A DNA stretch of 32,000 nt from contig NZ_CP019964.1 of assembly GCF_002214165.1 (NCBI RefSeq), positions 150,001 through 182,000 on the forward strand. The letters run 5' to 3'. The position numbers were made by a program, and so were the translations under genes. Every line of letters begins with the position of its first letter. Positions within the stretch are counted from its first letter, which is position 1. A model generated the notes under the pieces. The model worked only from the letters and a program-made list of their open reading frames with translations. It was not told the DNA's origin and ran no database searches. Source of the DNA: Candidatus Saccharimonadota bacterium (lineage in GTDB: Archaea; Micrarchaeota; Micrarchaeia; Micrarchaeales; Micrarchaeaceae). Below are positions 21,209-29,310 of the stretch, piece by piece.

Positions 21209-22675
21209 TCATTTCTTTTTCTTGATTTTCTTCATTTCAGGTATCGTGAACCTGTTCCAGAAGATTTTATAAAGTCTGAGCTTGTCTGGTATGTCCCTAA
21301 GATAAGGCAAATACGGAAGGAATAAAAGCAGTATTAAGGCCACTGTCGCAACTATCCCATTTTCAAGGTCATTCCACCATGGCAGTCCTGATGTAATTAT
21401 CTCCATGTAATCGTATGGCGCCATCCAATAGCTCCCAACCTGCCACCACATTCCACCTGCTTTGAGCATGCCCCATTGGACGGTCCTCAACCCATAAGCG
21501 CTTGCAGTGCTCTGAAACTCTCTGGTGTCAGATAGAAATCTTATAACATAAGTATAATTTAAGCCGCTTGTCTCCTCGCTCTGAAGGATCTCCTGGTAAG
21601 TGCCCGCTTGGGCCATCTTCACCAATTCTGCTATAGATACTATTAATGGATCAGAAGACTGTGATGCATCCTGCATTGACCAATTTTTGCTGAAGAAAGA
21701 ATTGGCTTCCGAAAAGCTTATGCTGCGTTCCTTTGGGCTTTCAGACAAATATTCCGCCATATAATTTCTTGCATTATAAGAAGAATTGATGTATGTGTCA
21801 TATGGAGATACAACATATACTGTTGAAGTGTTGAACGTATATGGATCTATGGTATCAAGGTATGTCGCTGTATGTGAGCTTTGATTCAACTCGCTTAGCA
21901 GTGTTATCGCCATTATATTCGGATTTGATTGCGCAACGCTTTGTATAGTCAAAGGCGGCACATAAGGAGAGCGCAGGAGTATTGCAAAAACAAGCACAAT
22001 CGCAAATATATAAACCATGCGCTTGTACATTGACTTGTGGTCCGCAGGAACCATTGTATAAGGTATCCCTTTCTTATAAGGCTTGTTCAATCCTTTGTTC
22101 TTGACAAGCATAAAATGGGTAAAGATAAGGAATATGAGCAATATAGGGACTATTGCGACATGCCATCCAAGCAGTGCGCCATTATTAAGGGGGTTAATCC
22201 AATAACCCAAGCCTAATCCATCCCATAAGTCCGCCCCTGCCTTATCATTCCACTGGGATACAAAGCCGCCTTCCAGACCTATTCCAAAAGCATATTCCAA
22301 TAAAACAAGCAGCAATAAAACTACTCCTATCATCCATACGAGCTTTTTTTGCTTGTAAGCAGAAGTTGAGAACTGCACAAATAAATGCAAGAACATAATA
22401 GTAACAAATGCCTCTGCCGCCCAAAGATGTATGCTCCTTACAAATGCACCTACTGTTGTAAGGTCCCACCAGTAAGGTCCAAATATAAGCATTATTATTC
22501 CAGTAACTGCAAGTATGGCGAAGAGTTCCAATAAATAAACGCCTAATGTAAAGAAGAAATTGTTTCCATAAGATGGAACCTCATTTATATAGAAAAACTT
22601 CAAAAGGGATTTTATCTCCGACTTTATCGAGCTGCCACTTTCAGATTCACTGCTATCAGATTCTGCAATTGGCAT
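21209..22675 (-). CDS. Cytochrome b-like di-haem membrane protein (bc/b6 N-terminal domain family) with a long C-terminal extra domain
   Basis: Helix A-like FAILAVTGIIMLIF. Helix B RSIHLWAAEAFVTIMFLHLF has two His 14 residues apart. Helix D GWHVAIVPILLIFLIFTHF has two His 15 residues apart. A largely non-hydrophobic region of roughly 200 aa follows (about residues 240-450), then a C-terminal TM helix (IVATVALILLLFLPYLPYL). Confidence 0.65.
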   Translation of the reverse strand: MPIAESDSSESESGSSIKSEIKSLLKFFYINEVPSYGNNFFFTLGVYLLELFAILAVTGIIMLIFGPYWWDLTTVGAFVRSIHLWAAEAFVTIMFLHLFVQFSTSAYKQKKLVWMIGVVLLLLVLLEYAFGIGLEGGFVSQWNDKAGADLWDGLGLGYWINPLNNGALLGWHVAIVPILLIFLIFTHFMLVKNKGLNKPYKKGIPYTMVPADHKSMYKRMVYIFAIVLVFAILLRSPYVPPLTIQSVAQSNPNIMAITLLSELNQSSHTATYLDTIDPYTFNTSTVYVVSPYDTYINSSYNARNYMAEYLSESPKERSISFSEANSFFSKNWSMQDASQSSDPLIVSIAELVKMAQAGTYQEILQSEETSGLNYTYVIRFLSDTREFQSTASAYGLRTVQWGMLKAGGMWWQVGSYWMAPYDYMEIITSGLPWWNDLENGIVATVALILLLFLPYLPYLRDIPDKLRLYKIFWNRFTIPEMKKIKKKK

Positions 22676-22812
22676 TATAAATCATCTTCATTCTGTGTTT
22701 TTTTGCAAAACTTTAAAAAGCTTACTTATTAATTGTCAAAATCCAACAAATGCAGGTATCAAAACAATCCAAGCAATTATCTTCGACAATAAAATACGGG
22801 CCGTGCCTAAAT

Positions 22813-23613
22813 TTATAGCTCTAAATATTGATTTATAAATTGGGAGATCTTAAGCAGTGCTTCAGGATTTATCTTGAACACTTTAGTTTTTGAAAGATCA
22901 ATCCCTTTAAGGTTATTGTCTTCATTCAAGATTCTCATTACCTGCGCTATCCTTTCTTGTGTCAATCCCAAGTTTTTTTGAGAATCCAAAATAGCGTTCT
23001 TCAGGATCTTTTTCTTGTGCTCCATTATAAGGTCCAATATCCTGTATTCAGATGCAGAGACCTTATTTTTTACAGGCTTTAAATAAATTATTTCAGAATC
23101 CACCTTTGGGACAGGATAAAACGAGCCCCTTTTGACTTTCATTATCTTGTATACTGAAAAATTCAGCTGTGCGAATACACTCAATTTAGAATAATTCCTT
23201 TCCCCTGGCTTTGCGGTAAGCCTTTCCGCAAATTCTTTCTGCACGCACAACAGGGCTTCCTTGTGGTTATCCGCAAGCCACTTCAATGTTTTACTTGACA
23301 GATTGTAGGGTATGTTTGATATTATAATTTCGTATTTGCTCGCATCAATGTCAAATTCAAAGAAATCCATATTTAATAAAGTCAAGTTAGGCTCATATGC
23401 GAGAGAGCTCAGCAATTCCTCATACAACGAAGAATCCTTTTCAACCGCAAGTACGGATTTTGCCCTTTTGCAAAGCTCCTCTGTCAATATCCCCCTGCCT
23501 GGACCAATCTCTATCACATTCCTGTTTCTGCCATATTCAGATTCAATAGCAGCTATATTACGGTTATTCAGGAAATTTTGGCCTAGTGATTTTTTAATAT
23601 GGGGAAGGTTCAA
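22813..23613 (-). CDS. ksgA: 16S rRNA (adenine1518/1519-N6)-dimethyltransferase KsgA/RsmA/Dim1
   Basis: KKSLGQNFLNNRNI, the SAM-binding motif VIEIGPGRGILTEEL, and the catalytic NIPYNLSS. Confidence 0.92.
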   Translation of the reverse strand: MNLPHIKKSLGQNFLNNRNIAAIESEYGRNRNVIEIGPGRGILTEELCKRAKSVLAVEKDSSLYEELLSSLAYEPNLTLLNMDFFEFDIDASKYEIIISNIPYNLSSKTLKWLADNHKEALLCVQKEFAERLTAKPGERNYSKLSVFAQLNFSVYKIMKVKRGSFYPVPKVDSEIIYLKPVKNKVSASEYRILDLIMEHKKKILKNAILDSQKNLGLTQERIAQVMRILNEDNNLKGIDLSKTKVFKINPEALLKISQFINQYLEL

Positions 23614-23671
23614 AATTATCTACCTTGCTGTTTTATATAACATTTATATAATTGTATATTAATATTAAATC

Positions 23672-24925
23672 ATGCTATCCAAGCAGCTGAAATCACAAAG
23701 TGCTGTTGAGTTTTTATCTACTTACGGATTTGTAATACTGATAATAGGAATTGTGATATCGTTGCTCTTTGCATATATATCGCTGCCAAAGTCTATAATC
23801 CCTTCACAATGTGATTTCTATAACGGATTCGATTGCCTAAGCTCTGGGTATTCTGTAAACTACTCTACAAAGATAGGCAGCGTGTTCACACTGATAGCTT
23901 CTGACACTGAGCCAGGTTCCGTCAAAATAACCAACTTCTCAGTAAAAATAGGCACTTACAATAGCAATTATGGTTTCTGCACCCCAAATGTAAGTGAGGG
24001 TGGACAGAAAATATACTGCTATGCATATTTCAATAATTTTACTCCTGTAATAGGCAATCAATACGATGGGCTTTTTGTTCTTAAATCCGATTACTGTTCA
24101 GCCCCTCCACAGAATCTTTCTGACGTGAACTGCTTGAGTAAGCCTGCAAATTTTACCTTTGACGGGTCCTTTAGGGTACAGGCAGCCGACTTAAACTACT
24201 CTTACGATCCATACTATGCCAATATATCAATAACCAATTCAGGAGGAAAGATACCTGCAGGTTACCAAGCCAATATAACTATAGATCCTGCTAGTTTCCG
24301 TAGTGCAGAAACACAAAATTTAGGAAATATAAGATTCTATTACAATGGCAAAGAGCTTTACAGCTGGTGCCAAGATAACTGCAGCTCATCTTTTTCACAG
24401 GCCACGTTTTGGGTAAAATTGCCGGTATCTTTATATTCTGATGAATCAATCCCCATAACCATGGAATTTCTACCAAAAACTGCAAATTACAGTGGGGATT
24501 ATTCAGGAGAGGCACCTCAGCTTAGTCTACCATATGCAGGATATGACAATGGTGACAAGGTGTTCGATTTTTACAGCGATTTCAACGGAGTTGTATTAAA
24601 CAATGCAAAATGGAACACAACGCCCGATGCAATCTACACTGTAGACAATGGGCTCACATTTTCATCTGCAGGTTCTGGATATATTGAGAGCTTGCCGAAA
24701 TTTAACAGTTATACCGAAAAAGAGGCTTACGTATATCCGAAATCAGATACCTGGGAAAATTTCACAGAAAAAGGAAATTACTACTTCAACTATTCGGAAG
24801 GCCCTATTTTTATTTATCCAAGTGGCAGCAGTGGCAAGATGCTTTATATATTAGTAAGGAATATCCCTCCTTCCGGTATTGCTCCTAATATAGGAATTGG
24901 TAGCCTTGAAAAGCAGCCAACCTAA
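23672..24925 (+). CDS. Pilin-like (class III signal, QxxxEF type) surface protein with a DUF2341-like domain and a concanavalin-like domain
   Basis: N-terminus QLKS|QSAVEFLSTYGFVILIIGIVISLLF, with Glu at +5. DUF2341-like block: ISITNSGGKIPAGYQANITIDPASFRSAETQNLGNIRFYYNGKELYSWCQDN...ATFWVKLPVSL...IPITMEF. It is followed by VFDFYSDFNGVVLNNAKWNT, as in DUF2341/LamG proteins. Confidence 0.65.
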   Translation: MLSKQLKSQSAVEFLSTYGFVILIIGIVISLLFAYISLPKSIIPSQCDFYNGFDCLSSGYSVNYSTKIGSVFTLIASDTEPGSVKITNFSVKIGTYNSNYGFCTPNVSEGGQKIYCYAYFNNFTPVIGNQYDGLFVLKSDYCSAPPQNLSDVNCLSKPANFTFDGSFRVQAADLNYSYDPYYANISITNSGGKIPAGYQANITIDPASFRSAETQNLGNIRFYYNGKELYSWCQDNCSSSFSQATFWVKLPVSLYSDESIPITMEFLPKTANYSGDYSGEAPQLSLPYAGYDNGDKVFDFYSDFNGVVLNNAKWNTTPDAIYTVDNGLTFSSAGSGYIESLPKFNSYTEKEAYVYPKSDTWENFTEKGNYYFNYSEGPIFIYPSGSSGKMLYILVRNIPPSGIAPNIGIGSLEKQPT

Positions 24926-25173
24926 CCGAATGTTCATTTATTTATTGCAACCAGACAAACATTTTTATATCTGTTAGTCCTTAATGAATATTGAAAATAG
25001 TCATACTTAAAACTTTATGGCGTTTACAATGTTATCAATTATTAACAAATCATCATATGCGGCATATCTAATGCCACAAATTGATTTAAACACAGTGAGC
25101 ATAAGTGCATAGCAAGAGAAGTAATGCTGTAAAGCCGAATGACTATTTCTAAAGCAAAAGACAAGTGAATTTA

Positions 25174-26679
25174 ATGGCAAAGTCGTATATAGACATTGTA
25201 AAGTATGTAATAGAAGCAAAATTTGATATAGATGGGACAGTAGAAAAGCCTGATATAATAGGCGCTATTTTTGGGCAAACCGAAGGTTTGCTTGGAGAAG
25301 ACCTTGATCTAAGGGATTTGCAGAAGAACGGCAAGATCGGAAGGATAGAAATAGAGAGTTCATCCAATTCCGGGAAAACATCCGGTACGCTTGTACTCCC
25401 TTCCTCATTGGACAGGGTAGAAACATGTATATTAGGAGCCGCAATAGAATCTGTTGATCGGGTAGGCCCATACGAAACAAATTTCAAGGTGCTAAAGATA
25501 GAGGACACAAGGAATGAGAAGAGAGCCCATGTAATAAACCGTGCAAAGGATCTTCTAAAATCTCTCATGGAAAACGTCATACCAGATAGCAAAGAGATAA
25601 GCGATATGGTCGAGTCTGAAGTAAAGTCCAGCACAGTAATAAATTATGGCCCCGAGAATCTGCCTGCTGGCCCTGATATAGACAAAAGTTCAAGCATAAT
25701 AATAGTGGAGGGGAGAGCTGATGTGGTTAATTTGCTGCGTAGCGACATAGCAAATGCAATCGCAGTGGGAGGAGCTACTACGGACATACCAAAGAGCCTG
25801 ATAAAACTAGCTACCGAAAAAGAGGTTACTGTATTCACTGACGGAGATCATGGCGGTACCATGATAGTCAAGAATATAGCAAGCGTAGCTGATATCGATT
25901 ATGTAGCAAGGGCACCGGATGGCAAGGAGGTAGAAGAGCTCACAAGAAAAGAGATAATAAAAGCCCTAAGATCAAAGATGCCTATGGAGCAGGCAGCAGT
26001 TGTATACAAAATCAGCCTGCCTGAGAGCAACCATAACTCTGAGAGCAGGGGAAATAATAAGGAAAGTGCAAACAACAACTATAATAAGGACAGGCCAAGG
26101 TTCAAGAACAACCATAACTATCCACAGTATTCAAAGCCAGCAGAACCACAGGAACAAAAGAAGCAGTTGAGAGGACCAGAGCCACCAGTAGACGCAGAAG
26201 AAGATAAGATCCATGTAGAAACAAGCAGGGAACCCAAGGTCGAGAACAAAGAGCCTGAAGCAGTCCCTGCCAAAAAAGAAGTGGAAGAAAATCAGAGGCC
26301 TGCACCGGAAAGGCAGCAATCTATCAAGAAACAAGCAGCAAAGGAGGAGCTTAAGGAAAAGCCAGCAGAACTGGTAGAGAAAGTTAAGTTAAAGCCCGAG
26401 GAAAGCATGATAGCTTCCTTGTCAGAACTTAAAAACACCCTTAGAGGAAGAATTTATGGCTCTGACAAAAAGCTAATAGCCGAAGTTCCTATCCGTGAGC
26501 TTATCCAGTCAATACAGGATATAGACAATATCGAATCCATAGTGTTTGACGGAATAATAACACAGAGGCTCGTTGATCTGGCAAACAAAAAGAGTGTAAA
26601 ATCAATATATGGGGTAAGATCAAGCCAGATAGCACGCAAATACGGGTCAATGCTCCTTTACACTTCAGATGATGTCTGA
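25174..26679 (+). CDS. dnaG: Archaeal DnaG primase (TOPRIM) with a ~120-aa low-complexity insertion
   Basis: The N-terminal domain YIDIVKYVIEAKFDIDGTVEKPDIIGAIFGQTEGLLGEDLDLRDLQKNGKIGRIE is typical of archaeal DnaG. TOPRIM motifs IIIVEGRADVVNLL and VFTDGDHGG. The track starts at GTG 25165; ATG 25174 is preferred. Confidence 0.92.
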   Translation: MAKSYIDIVKYVIEAKFDIDGTVEKPDIIGAIFGQTEGLLGEDLDLRDLQKNGKIGRIEIESSSNSGKTSGTLVLPSSLDRVETCILGAAIESVDRVGPYETNFKVLKIEDTRNEKRAHVINRAKDLLKSLMENVIPDSKEISDMVESEVKSSTVINYGPENLPAGPDIDKSSSIIIVEGRADVVNLLRSDIANAIAVGGATTDIPKSLIKLATEKEVTVFTDGDHGGTMIVKNIASVADIDYVARAPDGKEVEELTRKEIIKALRSKMPMEQAAVVYKISLPESNHNSESRGNNKESANNNYNKDRPRFKNNHNYPQYSKPAEPQEQKKQLRGPEPPVDAEEDKIHVETSREPKVENKEPEAVPAKKEVEENQRPAPERQQSIKKQAAKEELKEKPAELVEKVKLKPEESMIASLSELKNTLRGRIYGSDKKLIAEVPIRELIQSIQDIDNIESIVFDGIITQRLVDLANKKSVKSIYGVRSSQIARKYGSMLLYTSDDV

Positions 26680-26690
26680 TTAAGGTGCAC

Positions 26691-26705
26691 TTATTTTTAT
26701 TTTTT
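26691..26705 (+). terminator. Oligo-T tract after dnaG
   Basis: TTATTTTTATTTTTT begins 12 nt after the dnaG stop. Confidence 0.35.
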
Positions 26706-26798
26706 AAATCTAAAATTTTTAGACGCAACAAAAAAGCAAATCTTAATATTTCTTTACTTTAAATATTAGTTTAAATAAAAACTATTAATGGTCATATA

Positions 26799-27155
26799 AT
26801 GGGGGAAAAAGAAACCAAAAAATACAAATACCGTGAATTCCACAACATACTGCTAAAGCTGTTCATCTTGAAAAAAATTGACCAAGACAAAAAGGCTTAC
26901 CCTTACGATATAATAAAAAAGATAAAGAAATCTCCACTTTTGTCGAATTTAACCGAAGAGGGTTCCATCAAAAATGATGTATACAACATAATATCAGTAT
27001 TGGAAAAAGCAGGTTATATAGAATCGGAAGCAATAAAGAGCGATGGCAAGATAAAGAAATATTACCACATAACTCCCGATGGCAAAAAAGCCTTAAATGT
27101 GATAAAAAAAGATTTCCATAAGCTTGTAAAAACAGTCACAAGCCTTATAAAATAA
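26799..27155 (+). CDS. PadR-family winged-helix transcriptional regulator
   Basis: 118 aa. AYPYDIIKKIKK...VYNIISVLEKAGYIESEAIKSDGKIKKYYHITPDGKKAL follows the PadR pattern (Y.YdI...i......G.lYp.L..Le..GlI........r.rk.Y.lT..Gr). Confidence 0.7.
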   Translation: MGEKETKKYKYREFHNILLKLFILKKIDQDKKAYPYDIIKKIKKSPLLSNLTEEGSIKNDVYNIISVLEKAGYIESEAIKSDGKIKKYYHITPDGKKALNVIKKDFHKLVKTVTSLIK

Positions 27156-27202
27156 TCTGAATCGTGTCAACTATACAAATTCGAGTTAGAATTTGAGCTA
27201 GG

Positions 27203-28189
27203 ATGTATCCCATGGTAAAAAATGCGCTAGAAATTAAAAACTTAGTTGAGAAGTTCGGAGATTTTACCGCTGTCCGAGATATATCATTCAACGTGAAGGA
27301 GGGAGAGATATTTGGGCTTTTGGGGCCTAACGGTGCTGGAAAAAGCACAACTCTAAACCTGATACTGACATTGCTTACTCCAACTTCAGGCTCGATAAAT
27401 CTTTATGGAATAGATATACACAAGGAGGTTCACAGGGCAAAGAAGATGATAGGCTTCATGACACAGGAGACAGTAGTGGAGCAGGATCTGACACCCCGCC
27501 AGAACCTTGAGATATTTGGAGAACTATACCACATAGAAAACATAAAAGATAAAATAGCAGAAAGCTTAAAAGATGCAGAACTGACGGATTTTGCAGATTA
27601 CAAAGCAGGCTCAATGTCGGGTGGAATGCAGAGAAGGCTTGCACTGGTAAGATCGATGATACAAGATCCAAAGATAATAATTTTGGACGAGCCAACTACA
27701 GGACTGGATGTCCAGAACAGGACAGCATTATGGGAAAAGATACGTAGCCTGAATAAGAAAGGCATCACAGTGCTGCTTACAACACAGTACCTTGAGGAAG
27801 CCGATGCTCTATGCGACAGGATAGCAATAATAGACAAAGGAGAAATAAAAGCAATAGGCACAGCATCCGAGCTTAAAGCATCTGTCAGCTCGGGGGACAT
27901 AGTAGAGATAGTAACGCAATCGGATGCTACAGGCAAAGTTGCTTCAGTGCTGGAAGATTTTGGGCTGTCTCCCGTAGTCAAAATAGATATAGTAACAGCA
28001 GCAATCGAAAAAGGAGAGATAGCGAAATTCTCCGATATAACAAAAGAGCTGATAAAGGAGAATATACCGATATTGGGGATAAGCATGCACCTCCCAACAC
28101 TTGATGACGTATTCATAAAGCTTACCGGAACCGGATTAAGGGATAAGGCGGAGGGGAAGCCACAAATTCAAATGAGGTCCAAAAAATGA
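27203..28189 (+). CDS. ABC transporter ATP-binding protein (ABC-2/DrrA-type exporter)
   Basis: Walker A GLLGPNGAGKSTT, Q-loop MTQE, signature MSGGMQRRLAL, Walker B IIILDEPTTGLD, plus the C-terminal domain typical of ABC-2 ATPases. Confidence 0.93.
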   Translation: MYPMVKNALEIKNLVEKFGDFTAVRDISFNVKEGEIFGLLGPNGAGKSTTLNLILTLLTPTSGSINLYGIDIHKEVHRAKKMIGFMTQETVVEQDLTPRQNLEIFGELYHIENIKDKIAESLKDAELTDFADYKAGSMSGGMQRRLALVRSMIQDPKIIILDEPTTGLDVQNRTALWEKIRSLNKKGITVLLTTQYLEEADALCDRIAIIDKGEIKAIGTASELKASVSSGDIVEIVTQSDATGKVASVLEDFGLSPVVKIDIVTAAIEKGEIAKFSDITKELIKENIPILGISMHLPTLDDVFIKLTGTGLRDKAEGKPQIQMRSKK

Positions 28190-29310
28190 GTATCGTAAGC
28201 GATTCTTTAATTATATACAAAAGGGAAATGCTGATATTCAAAAGCAAGCTTAGGACAAACCTAATTAGGTCGCTGATATTCCCATTAGTGCTTATATTGA
28301 TGCTTGGCAACCTCGGGGCAAATTCCGATATAATAACAAACATAGGTGTAGTAAACTATGCCTCAAATCCATCAGCTTATAACTTTGTACAGTCACTACA
28401 ATCAAACAATGACCTAAACGTTGAAATGCTTACGACACAGCAAGCTGCATTATCCGCATTGAAGGCGGGCCAAATTACAGATGTTGTGGTAATATCCCCA
28501 AGTTTCCCAAGCTTAAACACGCAAAATCCTGGAATATACATATATTATGCAAACAATTTTGCCGACCTTGGAAATTCAGTTAATATAATAGAGTCATTGG
28601 CAGAGCAGTACGAATCGAATATAGGAAAGCCTATAGAGTACTCGTCAACTTCCTCTCCTGATCAGGTGGTTTCAGACCCAGCATATGCCGCGGATGCCAG
28701 TTACAGGACATTCCTGGTTGGCGGTGTAATAGTAATGGTCGCCGTTTTTGGATCCATGTTCGGTGGAGGTATGTCAATTATAACCGATAGGCAGTTAGGC
28801 AACTTAAAGTCATTCCTGATAACTCCAATAAATAAACTGTCAATCATATTAGGGAAGATAATGTCCGGAACAACCCAAGCATTGATATATGGAGTAATAG
28901 CTATTTTGATAGGGCTGCTTGATGGTGCTACCGTAGCCATGGGCATAGCAGGCGTTGCAATAATACTAGTGCTTATCGCATTGACTGCGGTAGCATTTTC
29001 TGCGATAACGATAATACTTGCATCAAGAATCTCAAAGATCGAGGTATATTCGATAATTGCAAATGCAATAACATTACCTCTTTGGTTCATATCTGGAGCA
29101 TTTTTCCCCACATCCTCATTGCCCTCGTGGCTATACCCTCTCAGCGTAATAGATCCATTGACATATTCCGCAAGTGGTATAAGGTATATCATGATGTACG
29201 GATATTACCCAATCAATTCTGCGATATTAGATTTTTCAGTTCTGATAGCATTCTCGGTGGTAGTGCTATTATTGAGCTTTAAGCTGTTCAGCACCACTAT
29301 AGGAAAATGA
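28186..29310 (+). CDS. ABC-2 type transporter permease
   Basis: The ATG overlaps the ATPase stop (ATGA). One N-terminal TM helix, a ~150-aa extracytoplasmic loop, then five clustered TM helices. This is the ABC-2 permease topology. Confidence 0.85.
   Translation: MSIVSDSLIIYKREMLIFKSKLRTNLIRSLIFPLVLILMLGNLGANSDIITNIGVVNYASNPSAYNFVQSLQSNNDLNVEMLTTQQAALSALKAGQITDVVVISPSFPSLNTQNPGIYIYYANNFADLGNSVNIIESLAEQYESNIGKPIEYSSTSSPDQVVSDPAYAADASYRTFLVGGVIVMVAVFGSMFGGGMSIITDRQLGNLKSFLITPINKLSIILGKIMSGTTQALIYGVIAILIGLLDGATVAMGIAGVAIILVLIALTAVAFSAITIILASRISKIEVYSIIANAITLPLWFISGAFFPTSSLPSWLYPLSVIDPLTYSASGIRYIMMYGYYPINSAILDFSVLIAFSVVVLLLSFKLFSTTIGK

Noticed and set aside
24926-25164. 239-bp intergenic gap upstream of dnaG, examined for an ncRNA or small gene. 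It contains a minus-strand C-box-like ATGATGA (25050-25056), a 13-bp palindrome ATATGCgGCATAT (25055-25067), a 70-aa minus ORF (25007-25219) and a 31-codon plus ORF.
   Set aside because: No CTGA D box lies at a suitable distance, and I could not find terminal stem or guide logic. The ORFs lack a Shine-Dalgarno sequence or motifs, and one overlaps the dnaG start. The region is most simply a promoter. A covariance or RNA-seq check would be needed to revive this.
25149-25634. 161-aa ORF antisense to the dnaG 5' region, plus the smaller antisense ORFs at 25265-25480, 25644-25838, 26102-26334 and 26454-26731
   Set aside because: These lie opposite a high-confidence DnaG frame. They are low-complexity S/F/L/C-rich translations and are not credible genes.
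27598-29192. 172-aa (27598-28116) and 163-aa (28701-29192) ORFs antisense to the ABC ATPase and permease genes
   Set aside because: Both are fully nested opposite strongly supported genes and have no recognisable motifs. They are shadow ORFs.
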